In this document: positions 9,442 through 18,352 of the stretch, in pieces
Layout of the letters: each line of letters starts with the position of its first letter
How positions within the stretch are numbered: position 1 is the stretch's first letter
Translations under genes and position numbers: made by a program
The notes under the pieces: generated by a model
What the model saw: the letters and a program-made list of their open reading frames with translations, nothing else
What the model was told of the DNA's origin: nothing
Databases searched by the model: none
DNA from: Candidatus Omnitrophica bacterium CG11_big_fil_rev_8_21_14_0_20_64_10
GTDB taxonomy: Bacteria; Omnitrophota; Gorgyraeia; 1-14-0-20-64-10
DNA: 40,636 bases
Direction of reading: 5' to 3'
Assembly: GCA_002787095.1 (NCBI GenBank)
Contig: PCVW01000069.1
Coordinates: 12,611-53,246, forward strand

Positions 9442-10092
9442 ATGAGGCGAGTAGGAAGATGGCTCCTTGTCGTCGGGCTGCTCGCCGTCGTGATCGGCTG
9501 GTGGTGGCAGCATCGGACCACGATCAACCCGTCTGCACTCAGGGCCTGGATTGCCCAGTTCGGGGCGGCCGCGCCGTTTATTTACGTGGCGCTGTACGCA
9601 GCGAATACCGTGACCCTCCTGCCGCCGATAGGAGTGCTCTCCCTCACTGCCGGTTTGGCGTTCGGGCCGGCGATCGGCTTTCTCGCCATCATGGCGGGGG
9701 CGATGATCGGAACATCACTGACGTTTCTGATCAGCCGGCGGCTGGGGCGCGGGTTCGTTGAACATCGGTTGAAGGGGAGGTTCAAATCGCTGGACGAGGC
9801 GCTCGAGCGGCGGGGATTCGCCACCGTCCTGTTCTTCCGGGTCGTCCCGATCGTTCCCTACGAGGCGCTGAACTACGTTTCAGGCCTGTCCAAGATCCGC
9901 TTTCGGGATTATGGTTTGGCGACTTTCTTGGGCCTTCTGCCGGGCGCGGCGGTGGCCGCCTTCTTCGGGGATTCGCTGACGCAGCCGTTTTCGCCCAAAT
10001 TCATCGCCGCGGTAGGAGCCCTGGTACTTTTGATCGCCATTCCAACCATTTATCTGAAGCTAAGGAGGAAAGTTCCCCATGGAGCTGACTGA
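9442..10092 (+). CDS. TVP38/TMEM64 (DedA/SNARE-associated) membrane protein
   Basis: AGLAFG...G, FLISRRLGR, RVVPIVPYEALNY..GL, T.LGLLPG. Confidence 0.9.
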   Translation: MRRVGRWLLVVGLLAVVIGWWWQHRTTINPSALRAWIAQFGAAAPFIYVALYAANTVTLLPPIGVLSLTAGLAFGPAIGFLAIMAGAMIGTSLTFLISRRLGRGFVEHRLKGRFKSLDEALERRGFATVLFFRVVPIVPYEALNYVSGLSKIRFRDYGLATFLGLLPGAAVAAFFGDSLTQPFSPKFIAAVGALVLLIAIPTIYLKLRRKVPHGAD

Positions 10093-12613
10093 GCGACAGA
10101 GGATCTATGCGCCCCAAGCCGTGCACTGGGAGGAGGACGGGATCCATCTGTTCCTCGATCCGGAATCGCCCCACTGGGTCGCCACGGATGCCCGTGGAGC
10201 GCAGATCATGGGGTGGATCGGTGAGGGGTTGTCGTTCGGGCAGTTCATTCAACGGTACTCATCTGTTCACCGTGTGGGTCCCGCCAAGGCGTGGCTCCAC
10301 GTCCATGATTTCGTCCAGTCGTTGCTACGAGTCGGTTTCGCACGCCTTAAACCGATCGTTCCGACCCCGTACCTGGGGCGCGCCGCCTACGCTCATCCGA
10401 CCGGCTTGAAGGAGTTGTGGTTCCACACCAACAACATCTGCAACCTGGCCTGCACCCACTGCCTGGTCAATTCAGCGCCCTGGGTGCAGGACTGGGGGTT
10501 GCCCACGCCGGAGGTGATGCGCCTCGTCGACGAAGCGGTAGTTCTTGGCGTGGAGCGCTTCTACTTTACCGGCGGCGAACCGTTCATGCGCAAGGACATC
10601 TTTGAACTCATCCGAACCATCACTGAAACCAGGGGGCGCGAGCTCATCGTCCTCACCAACGCTACCCTGTTCAAAGGCGAAAAAGCTGAGGAGGTGAAGC
10701 GCTTGGACCGGAGAAAAGTCCGGTTTCAGGTGAGCATCGATGGGGCCTCGCCGGAAACGAACGACCGGATCCGCGGCAAGGGATCTTTCCAATCGGCGGT
10801 GGAAGGTTTGCGTTTCCTGGCCTCCCTGGGATTCCAGACCTCGATCACCACGGCCGTCACCGCCGCGAATCTTCAGGACCTCCTGGGAATCACCCGCTTA
10901 GGCAGCGAGCTGGGCGTTGCCACCCAGCATCTCATGTGGCTGCACAAGCGGGGCCGGATCGTGGGCCGCGAACGCTTTCCCTCAGCCGAGCAGTTGATCG
11001 AGGTTGTCCGGCAGGTCAAGGCGTTGGCCGGGGAACTGGGGATCGCCGTGGACAACGTCGAATCGATCAAACGCCGGGTCAATGGCCGGCCAGGGGTCAA
11101 ATATGATCTCGGCAACGCCTGCTGGGATTCCCTGTGCGTCTATTCGGATGGAACGGTCTACCCATCGGCGGCGATGGTGAACACAAAGCCGTTGGCATTA
11201 GGTTCTATCAAAGACGGTGGACTTCAGAAGCTCTTGGAAGGATCGCCGGTGGCCGGGGCCTTCCGACAGGCCACGGTGGCGGCCAAGGCGGATCTTCGCG
11301 ACGATCCGTTCCGTTACCTGACAGGCGGCGGCGATCTGGAACATAGTTTCTGGTTTAACCTCAACGGAGAGTCCTCTGCCGCGGCCATTGCTCCTGAGCG
11401 GATGACAGCGCTCTTGACCGGCCCCGATCCGTACTATCCTCTCTACACGGCGATGATCCAGGATGCGATGTGGGATCTGGCACGCGCTGCCCGCGCAGCT
11501 GTCAACCGGCGCTCCGGTTACGACGTCCCTCGCGTCTTGCACGCGATGGGCGATGGGGCGATCCACTGCGCCACGGACGATCTGGCGGTCACCGGCGAAG
11601 TGGACATCCGGACGCTGCATTCGAATTGCGTGCTGGCCTTCGATGTGGACAAACCGCGCAAGCTCGTGCGCGAATTCTACGGGAAGGCGGCCGAGACCCC
11701 GCAGGCGGAACTCTGCTGCCCGACGAAATTCGACGACTTGAGCGTCAGCCACATCCCGAAAGAGGTGATCGACCGGTTCTACGGGTGCGGCTCGCCGGTG
11801 ACGTTGGGAGCGCTTGAGGCCGGGGAAACCTTTGTGGACTTGGGTTCCGGGGCCGGCATCGACTGCTTCATCGCGGCGAAATTCGTCGGACCGGCCGGCA
11901 AGATCATCGGGATCGACATGACGGATGAAATGCTCAAAGTCGCCGATGAGAACCGGCCGATCGTAGCGGCGAATCTCGGTTACGACGTCGTGAAATTCCG
12001 CAAGGGGTATCTGGAGCAGGTTCCTGTGGAATCCAAGTCAGCGGATTTGGTGACTTCCAATTGCGTCGTCAACCTTTCGCCGGACAAACCGAAGGTGTTT
12101 TCTGAAATCTGGCGGATCCTCAGGGATCACGGGAGAACCGTGATTGCCGACATCGTCTCCGCTCTGCCGGTACCCGCACATCTCAAGGTCAATCCTGAAC
12201 TCTGGGGAGAGTGTATCGTAGGGGCGTTGACCGAGGAAGAGTTCTTGGCCCGTTTGGAGGAGGCCGGCTTCTACGGCTTGTCCATCTTGAAGAAGGTGTA
12301 CTGGAAAACAGTCGAGGGATTCGACTTCTATTCGGTGACCGTCCGTGGCTACAAGTTTGAGAAGACCGTCGGGTGCTTATTTCTCGGTCAAAAGGCGGTT
12401 TACCTGGGGCCCATGAAGGCGGTGGTGGATGAGGAAGGGCATCTATTCCCCCGGGACGTGGAGGTGGAAGTCTGCACCGACACTGTCGCCAAACTTTCCC
12501 GCCCACCCTACGCCGGGTCGTTCACCGTCCTGGAGCCCGCCGCTACACGGGTCGAGGTAACTGCTTCCGGACTCCCCCTTAAAACCGCTGAATGCGGGCC
12601 GGGGTGTTGTTGA
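10079..12613 (+). CDS. Radical SAM / arsenite methyltransferase (ArsM-like) fusion protein with N-terminal PqqD-like domain
   Basis: CNLACTHC, FTGGEPF and LTNAT in the rSAM domain. The ArsM half has LCCP, FYGCGSP, VDLGSGAGIDCF, SNCVVNL and LWGECI. The protein ends CGPGCC. Confidence 0.88.
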   Translation: MELTERQRIYAPQAVHWEEDGIHLFLDPESPHWVATDARGAQIMGWIGEGLSFGQFIQRYSSVHRVGPAKAWLHVHDFVQSLLRVGFARLKPIVPTPYLGRAAYAHPTGLKELWFHTNNICNLACTHCLVNSAPWVQDWGLPTPEVMRLVDEAVVLGVERFYFTGGEPFMRKDIFELIRTITETRGRELIVLTNATLFKGEKAEEVKRLDRRKVRFQVSIDGASPETNDRIRGKGSFQSAVEGLRFLASLGFQTSITTAVTAANLQDLLGITRLGSELGVATQHLMWLHKRGRIVGRERFPSAEQLIEVVRQVKALAGELGIAVDNVESIKRRVNGRPGVKYDLGNACWDSLCVYSDGTVYPSAAMVNTKPLALGSIKDGGLQKLLEGSPVAGAFRQATVAAKADLRDDPFRYLTGGGDLEHSFWFNLNGESSAAAIAPERMTALLTGPDPYYPLYTAMIQDAMWDLARAARAAVNRRSGYDVPRVLHAMGDGAIHCATDDLAVTGEVDIRTLHSNCVLAFDVDKPRKLVREFYGKAAETPQAELCCPTKFDDLSVSHIPKEVIDRFYGCGSPVTLGALEAGETFVDLGSGAGIDCFIAAKFVGPAGKIIGIDMTDEMLKVADENRPIVAANLGYDVVKFRKGYLEQVPVESKSADLVTSNCVVNLSPDKPKVFSEIWRILRDHGRTVIADIVSALPVPAHLKVNPELWGECIVGALTEEEFLARLEEAGFYGLSILKKVYWKTVEGFDFYSVTVRGYKFEKTVGCLFLGQKAVYLGPMKAVVDEEGHLFPRDVEVEVCTDTVAKLSRPPYAGSFTVLEPAATRVEVTASGLPLKTAECGPGCC

Positions 12614-12614
12614 G

Positions 12615-13754
12615 ATGCTGCTTCCTTTAGCCCTCCTGGCCGCCGTCCTGTTCCTGGCGTACACCAACGGGGCGAACGACAACTTCAAGGGGGTGGCCAC
12701 CCTGTTTGGCAGCCGCACGACAGGATACGGCAGGGCGATCACCTGGGCGACCGTGACGACGTTCGCCGGCTCCCTGACGGCGGTCTGGTTATCGCAGGGG
12801 CTCATCCATGCCTTTAGCGGAAATGGATTGGTCCCGACAGCTGTGACGGCGCAGCCCGCTTTCCTGTTGGCCGTCGGCCTGGGAGCGGCCTTCACCGTAT
12901 TCCTGGCGACGATCACCGGGTTGCCGATCTCCACGACTCATGCCTTGACCGGCGCTCTCGTGGGCGCCGGCCTCGTCCAGGCGGGTTCGGTCGATTTCGC
13001 CAGACTGGGTCAGAGTTTCTTTCTCCCATTGGCCGTCAGTCCGGTGTTGAGTTTCGCTCTCACGGGCGGCCTCTATCCGATCTTTCGCCTGGTGCGCGCG
13101 CGTCTGGGCATCGAACGGCAGATGTGTCTCTGTATCGGCGGCGGCCGACTCCAGCCCGTGCAGATCCGGCCGGATGGCGCGGCGGTGCTCCAAGCGACGG
13201 GGATGAAGCTCTCCGTGGGCCAGCTCCAAGAGTGTGTTCAGCGGTATGAGGGGCGGGTCATCGGGATCGATGCCCAGTGGATTTTAGACCGGCTTCATTA
13301 TCTCTCGGCCGGCGCGGTCAGTTTCGCGCGGGGCCTGAACGACACGCCGAAAATCGTGGCCCTGCTCCTGGCCGCGCGGGGGCTTGGGCTTAGTCCGTCG
13401 ACCGGGATAGTTGCCGTCGGCATTGCCATGGCGGTTGGCGGACTCCTGAATGCCCGGAAAGTCGCCGTTACCGTGAGCCAGCGGATCACCCCCATGAACC
13501 ATGGGCAGGGGTTTACCGCCAACCTCGTCACCTCCGGTTTGGTCACGATGGCTTCGCTATTCGGTCTGCCGGTGTCAACGACCCACGTCTCTTGCGGATC
13601 TCTCTTTGGGCTGGGGGCCGTTAATCGGACAGCCCAGTGGAAGGTGATTCAATCTATCGTGCTTTCTTGGGTTGCGACCCTGCCGTTGGCTGCAGGGGTG
13701 GGGGCTGTAATCGCTTGGGGAATCGGGGGAGTTTCACCATGGCCCTTTCCGTAA
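12615..13754 (+). CDS. Inorganic phosphate transporter, PiT family
   Basis: NGANDNFKGVATL, GLPISTTHALTGAL, GLNDTPKI, GLPVSTTHVSCGS. Confidence 0.92.
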   Translation: MLLPLALLAAVLFLAYTNGANDNFKGVATLFGSRTTGYGRAITWATVTTFAGSLTAVWLSQGLIHAFSGNGLVPTAVTAQPAFLLAVGLGAAFTVFLATITGLPISTTHALTGALVGAGLVQAGSVDFARLGQSFFLPLAVSPVLSFALTGGLYPIFRLVRARLGIERQMCLCIGGGRLQPVQIRPDGAAVLQATGMKLSVGQLQECVQRYEGRVIGIDAQWILDRLHYLSAGAVSFARGLNDTPKIVALLLAARGLGLSPSTGIVAVGIAMAVGGLLNARKVAVTVSQRITPMNHGQGFTANLVTSGLVTMASLFGLPVSTTHVSCGSLFGLGAVNRTAQWKVIQSIVLSWVATLPLAAGVGAVIAWGIGGVSPWPFP

Positions 13755-15091
13755 TCATCCCGACGCTGAATGAGGCTGGAACCCTTCCATGCCTTCTTGC
13801 CCCATTGCGGGCGGGAGAGGTGCCGGAGGTTCTCGTTGTAGATGGGGGCAGCCGTGACGGCACCCGGGATGTCGCCCGGAGATGGGGCGTGACGTTTCTG
13901 CCGTCAGCCCGGGGGCGAGCGGCGCAGATGAATCGGGGCGCGGCAGTTGCCCACGGCGACTGGCTCTGGTTCCTGCACGCGGATGCGGTTCTCCCGCTGG
14001 ATTGGCAAGATCAACTCCGCCGCGCAATGGAAGATCCGGCTGTCGTCGGAGGCGGTTTCCGGCCCGTCATCGATGCGTCCGGAGCGGGCTACCGGTTCCT
14101 GAATGCGTGGGGGCGGCTGAGAATGAGGGTCCAGCGCAGTTTGTACGGGGATCAGGGGATCTTTGTCCGCCGGGATCTGTTTGAGCGTTTAGGGGGGTTC
14201 GCGGAGATCCCCGTGTGCGAAGATGTCGAGTTCTCCAGACGAATGTGGCGGGCCGGACGGGTGGCGATTCTTCCAGGCCCGCTCCGCACCTCGGCCCGGC
14301 GATGGCGGCGAAACGGCTGGTGGCGAACAGTCACGGAACATACGATCCTGGCCCTCCGCTATGAACTGATGAAGGATAAGCAGCGGTTGCCCACCTATGC
14401 GCTGTTGGCGCCGACCCCGTCCGTTCATCTGGTCGTGGTGGCGAAGGCGCCGATCCCGGGGCGCGTGAAGACGCGGTTGACGCCGCCGCTGTCGGCGGCC
14501 GAGGCCGCTCAGGTGGCCCGCGCGCTGTTGGAAGATACCTTGCGGCGAGTCGGGCGCGTTCCCGGCACTCGGCTGGTTGTCGCGGTGGATCCGCCGGAAG
14601 CCGTCCCGATGATGCGGAAAATCGCTCCAGGAGCTGAGGTCGTGCCGCAAGCCGCGGGAGATCTAGGGGCGCGAATGTCAGCCATCGTCGCGGACCGGTT
14701 CACTCGTGGGGCCTCGGCGGTCATCCTGATCGGCAGCGATCATCCCACTTTGGGGCGGGCGCAGATGGATCAGGCGATCCACTGGCTGCGCGAGGACGGC
14801 GATCCGCTGGTGATCGGCCCGGCCGAGGACGGCGGCTATTACCTGATCGGGCTCACGCGGCCGCACCTTGAGTTGTTCAGCCGAATCTCCTGGAGCGGGC
14901 CTACCGTGCTGCGGGAAACGTTGGCCTGCGCCCTGGACGCCGGTCTGCAGATCCGGCAGCTCTCCGTAGACCGCGATGTGGACACGATCGAAGATCTCGT
15001 TCGGTTGCAGCAACGGCTTTCAGGTGATCATGACGTTGCGCCGGCCACGGCCCGTTGGCTGCAGCGCCGTCGGATTCCAGTGGTAGGATAA
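13739..15091 (+). CDS. Fusion of TIGR04283-like GT2 and TIGR04282/DUF2064 (CofC-like) domains
   Basis: N-half: SVIIPTLNE, VDGGSRDGT, GRAAQMNRGA, FLHAD, YGDQG, TSARRW. C-half: AKAPIPGRVKTRL, QAAGDLGARM, IGSDHP, GPAEDGGYYLIG, DVDTIEDL. Confidence 0.9.
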   Translation: MALSVIIPTLNEAGTLPCLLAPLRAGEVPEVLVVDGGSRDGTRDVARRWGVTFLPSARGRAAQMNRGAAVAHGDWLWFLHADAVLPLDWQDQLRRAMEDPAVVGGGFRPVIDASGAGYRFLNAWGRLRMRVQRSLYGDQGIFVRRDLFERLGGFAEIPVCEDVEFSRRMWRAGRVAILPGPLRTSARRWRRNGWWRTVTEHTILALRYELMKDKQRLPTYALLAPTPSVHLVVVAKAPIPGRVKTRLTPPLSAAEAAQVARALLEDTLRRVGRVPGTRLVVAVDPPEAVPMMRKIAPGAEVVPQAAGDLGARMSAIVADRFTRGASAVILIGSDHPTLGRAQMDQAIHWLREDGDPLVIGPAEDGGYYLIGLTRPHLELFSRISWSGPTVLRETLACALDAGLQIRQLSVDRDVDTIEDLVRLQQRLSGDHDVAPATARWLQRRRIPVVG

Positions 15092-15099
15092 CAACCGTC

Positions 15100-15870
15100 A
15101 TGTCTCACTCGACTGTATTGATCGTGCAAGTCACCGTTTTGGGCTTTTGTCTCTGGCTCGAATCCGTCGTCCCCGTATTTCTTCGGCAGCCGGGGCCACG
15201 GATGCGGCACGGCTCCCGCAACATCGCCATCGGGTTGGTCAACGGCGCCGTCCTCACCGCCGGTTTCTCCGGCTTGGTTTTTGCAGCGGTTCACTGGGGC
15301 GGGGCACATCCGGTCGGCGTCCTTCATTGGATCACGCTACCAGCATGGTCCGAACGGCTGATCGGATTCATCGTTTTTGACCTGTGGATGTACCTCTGGC
15401 ACCGGGCCAATCACGGCCTCCCGTGGTTCTGGCGATTCCACCGGGTGCATCACAGCGATCTGGCGGTGGACGTGACCACGGCCCTGCGATTCCACTTAGG
15501 CGAAATGGTGCTCTCAACCCTCTTACGGCTGGCGGTGATCCCGCTGCTGGGAATCACCCTGGGCGATCTGCTCCTCTACGAGATGATCCTTCAGCCGGTT
15601 ATCTACTTCCACCACAGCAACATCGCCCTGCCTGAAGCGTGGGACCGCCTGATGCGCCTGGCGGTCGTTTCCCCCAATATGCACCGGGTGCACCATTCGG
15701 ACATCCCCTCAGAAACCAATTCCAACTACGCCAGCATCTTTTCTTTCTGGGACCGCTTCGGGCGCACGTACCGTCGGCGGGACATCCGGACGATCCGGTA
15801 CGGGCTGAAGGAATTCCTCGAGCCTCGGTGGCAAACGCTGATCGGGCTGCTGAGGATGCCTCTGGCGTAA
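15100..15870 (+). CDS. Sterol desaturase / fatty acid hydroxylase family protein
   Basis: His boxes HRANH, HRVHHSD, FHHSN, HRVHHS; NYASIFSFWDR. Confidence 0.9.
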   Translation: MSHSTVLIVQVTVLGFCLWLESVVPVFLRQPGPRMRHGSRNIAIGLVNGAVLTAGFSGLVFAAVHWGGAHPVGVLHWITLPAWSERLIGFIVFDLWMYLWHRANHGLPWFWRFHRVHHSDLAVDVTTALRFHLGEMVLSTLLRLAVIPLLGITLGDLLLYEMILQPVIYFHHSNIALPEAWDRLMRLAVVSPNMHRVHHSDIPSETNSNYASIFSFWDRFGRTYRRRDIRTIRYGLKEFLEPRWQTLIGLLRMPLA

Positions 15871-15891
15871 AGGGGCATCCTCAGCCTGCTT

Positions 15892-16785
15892 TCAGAAGGT
15901 GGTGCGGGCTCCGACCACCACGTTGTAGTCGGTGCCCAGCTCGTTTCCGTTTAAAGATTCTACGATGGGCACCTGAACGGAGGCCTCCAGCAGCCACCGG
16001 GAAGTGACGTACTGGACGCCCGGCGAGAGGAACAAGGTGTAACCTCCCGAGTCCTTGATCGTTCCTCCGGAGCGGTGCTTGGTCTGCCAGACGCCGTTGA
16101 GCTCCAGGACGGCGTGAAGGGCACGTGGAGTGGACCATTCTGCCGATTCGGCCGGCCATACCCGAACCCAAGCGCCGGTGTTGTGCTGAAAGAAATCCCC
16201 GAACTGAAGGTCATCATGTCCGGTGTTCACCTGGTAGACCAGATCCTGGCTGATCTCATACCATTGAGTCTGCCGGGTAAAGACGATTCCGGCCAATGGA
16301 TCCCAAGAGCCGGAGCCGAGGCGAACGGCGGGCGGCAAACGGCCTTGTGCGTCGGATTCATCGTCTTCTCCGGTTGGGAGCTTCAATCCGCCCAGAAGGG
16401 CAAACCGGGTCGTTGCCCCGGGCGCATCTTTCCGCCAGAGGCGTGCTTTAAGAAACAGCTTGAGGTCTCCGATTCCGCTGGCCTCCCGGCTGACTCGTTG
16501 GCCGCCGCTCACGGTGCGCAGATCTTTGTCAAGGTATGGCACCGCCAGGAACCCCGCGGTCGACTCGGTGATTCCATGGACGACGACCAGCTTCACCGCA
16601 TCCACCGTCATGGAGCGGTTCTGGTCGGTGGGATCATCCCCTTTGCGGGTTCGGGAGTACTGCGTCCGCAGGATCGTCTGTCCCTTGGCCGGATTCAAAG
16701 CGATGTCCGTGTTGATGGCTGAAAACGCCGGCCCGCCGTGAAGCAGAAACGCCAACCCCAGGATAAGGATGGCGTTCCTCCTCAC
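15892..16785 (-). CDS. Putative outer-membrane beta-barrel 'transporter' (phenol MetA-pathway-like)
   Basis: Signal peptide; GIGDL, GLKLPTG, LGSGSWD, LELNG, LSPGVQY; C-terminal Phe. Confidence 0.7.
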   Translation of the reverse strand: MRRNAILILGLAFLLHGGPAFSAINTDIALNPAKGQTILRTQYSRTRKGDDPTDQNRSMTVDAVKLVVVHGITESTAGFLAVPYLDKDLRTVSGGQRVSREASGIGDLKLFLKARLWRKDAPGATTRFALLGGLKLPTGEDDESDAQGRLPPAVRLGSGSWDPLAGIVFTRQTQWYEISQDLVYQVNTGHDDLQFGDFFQHNTGAWVRVWPAESAEWSTPRALHAVLELNGVWQTKHRSGGTIKDSGGYTLFLSPGVQYVTSRWLLEASVQVPIVESLNGNELGTDYNVVVGARTTF

Positions 16786-17336
16786 GGTTTGACCTCCAGG
16801 ATCGTCTCAATCTCCATCGCCGGAGGCAACCCTTGGTGCTCATGGACCGTCCCGGAAACTTTCACCAGGGTGCGGCTCGACTGCCAGCCGGCGAGGCGGC
16901 GTTCCAGGGCCGGATCCCCAATCGTGTGTTCAGGTGTCAGGGTGGTCTTGCTCTCCTCCTTGAACAGGAGGAACTGCTGGCCGGTCCCGCGTGTCTCCAG
17001 CACCGGATGGTCTTCCCACTGTGCAACCGTTCCAATGGCGGTCAGCCGGATCGCCCTTAAGGTGAAACCGGTGTCCGCCACGGCCTGTCGGAATTGGGCA
17101 AGATCGACTGATTGCCCTGGTTTGACTCCCATTCGGACAACGCCCTCTTTGTAGTTCGTCTGAAGGGAGCCTGCGGCCCCGAGCTTCTTGAGCGGCTTCT
17201 CGATGTTGAACACGCAGAACGGGCAGGATAGCCCGTCGATGCGAAGCTCCACCTCCGTCACTTCGGCCCATGCGGTCTGCCCTCCCATGTCCAAGAGGGT
17301 TGTCAGGAACCCGATGAGAAGCAGTTTTCTCAGCAT
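16782..17336 (-). CDS. Exported heavy-metal-associated (HMA) domain protein
   Basis: Signal peptide ending AWA; IDGLSCPFC metal-binding loop; AVADTGF; an extra C-terminal domain. Confidence 0.85.
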   Translation of the reverse strand: MLRKLLLIGFLTTLLDMGGQTAWAEVTEVELRIDGLSCPFCVFNIEKPLKKLGAAGSLQTNYKEGVVRMGVKPGQSVDLAQFRQAVADTGFTLRAIRLTAIGTVAQWEDHPVLETRGTGQQFLLFKEESKTTLTPEHTIGDPALERRLAGWQSSRTLVKVSGTVHEHQGLPPAMEIETILEVKP

Positions 17337-17342
17337 TGAATG

Positions 17343-17813
17343 TCACCTCCTCTCTTTTGCTTTTTGGACGGCCCCCGTGACATTCCCCAGGCAGCAGGAA
17401 CCTTGTGGATTAGTGATTTCACAGTAGCAGTTACCGGCCTTCACCTGCGCCTTGATCTGTTCAACCACCGTGCTTTTGCCGGTTACCTGAATCTCAGCGC
17501 GGATCTTCTCAGGCGTCCAGCCAAAACAGTAACAGACGGGCGCTGAAGGATCGGCGGGCTCTTTGAGCCCGACCTTTACCGCCAGATCTTCTTCTCGGAA
17601 CAAGATCTCTCCAGGCCGGAAGTAGATCACGTCACAGGCGGGGGTCCGGCAAAAGCAGAACTCCTCCTGGTTCGGGATGTGCGGGCGGGCTTCCGGTTTC
17701 AGCAAGGCGCCCAAGGTGATCCGCTTGACCGGCTTGCCCAGGGCCCCGCATGCAGGGCATTTCGCTGGACCGCAGATCGTGGGGGGATGAAATTCGCAGC
17801 AGGCCTCGCTCAC
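17343..17813 (-). CDS. CopZ N-terminal-like zinc/Fe-S metallochaperone (Csac_0668-like)
   Basis: GTG start overlapping the merT stop; CPACG, FCRTPACDVIYF, VCYCFG, CYCEITNPQGSCCLGNV. Confidence 0.85.
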   Translation of the reverse strand: MSEACCEFHPPTICGPAKCPACGALGKPVKRITLGALLKPEARPHIPNQEEFCFCRTPACDVIYFRPGEILFREEDLAVKVGLKEPADPSAPVCYCFGWTPEKIRAEIQVTGKSTVVEQIKAQVKAGNCYCEITNPQGSCCLGNVTGAVQKAKERR

Positions 17814-18160
17814 GGTTGCCTCGGGCAGGAGATGGTGCAGGCGGCCTGCGTCGCCAGTGGCCACAGGTGCAGGAGGGCGAAGCCCGCCACCACGGCTGAG
17901 GCCACCGACAGGACAGCCAAAGTAGCTACCCCACCGGCCATCCGGCATCGCGCCGTCCTGCAACGCCTGGCCTCTGCGACATACCGCCGCCACCCGAACG
18001 TCAGCAGAACGGCGGCCGCGGCCACCAGGAGCCCCGAAAAACGGGTAAAGAAGACGCTGACGCCCAGCCCCCCGAGCCCGATGGCTGCGAGGGCTGCCGG
18101 GCCCAGGCAACAGGCCGACGCGGTGAGGGCTGAACCGATCCCCAGCTTCGCCGCGTTCAT
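17810..18160 (-). CDS. merT: Mercuric transport protein, MerT family
   Basis: ASACCLGP in TM1, three TM helices and a cytoplasmic CRTARC pair. Confidence 0.72.
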   Translation of the reverse strand: MNAAKLGIGSALTASACCLGPAALAAIGLGGLGVSVFFTRFSGLLVAAAAVLLTFGWRRYVAEARRCRTARCRMAGGVATLAVLSVASAVVAGFALLHLWPLATQAACTISCPRQP

Positions 18161-18166
18161 GGTGGC

Positions 18167-18352
18167 TCAGAGTTTCTTCAGCTCGCCCGATTGGATCTTC
18201 TCAACGAGGGTGTTCCAGGCCTCCCGGTTCAGCGTGACCAGATTGCCCTCCTCGCCGATTGCCACTTCCTCCTTGGCGATATTGATCACGACCTCTGGAC
18301 AGGCCCCGCAGGCCGGGCAGAGAGATACCTGGAACTTCGGTTGCTGATTCAT
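18167..18352 (-). CDS. Small Cys-rich hypothetical protein
   Basis: 61 aa with LCPACGACPEV and IGEEGNLVTL...WN.LV; overlaps the merR stop and has an upstream GGGGG SD-like run. Confidence 0.75.
   Translation of the reverse strand: MNQQPKFQVSLCPACGACPEVVINIAKEEVAIGEEGNLVTLNREAWNTLVEKIQSGELKKL

Noticed and set aside
7887-9527. 546-aa antisense ORF, and many other overlapping ORFs in the track
   Set aside because: Shadow frames of well-supported genes in GC-rich DNA, with no recognisable motifs.
12605-12620. Selenocysteine read-through at CC-TGA of the rSAM-ArsM fusion
   Set aside because: The next gene's ATG starts 1 nt later, and no SECIS-like hairpin is apparent.
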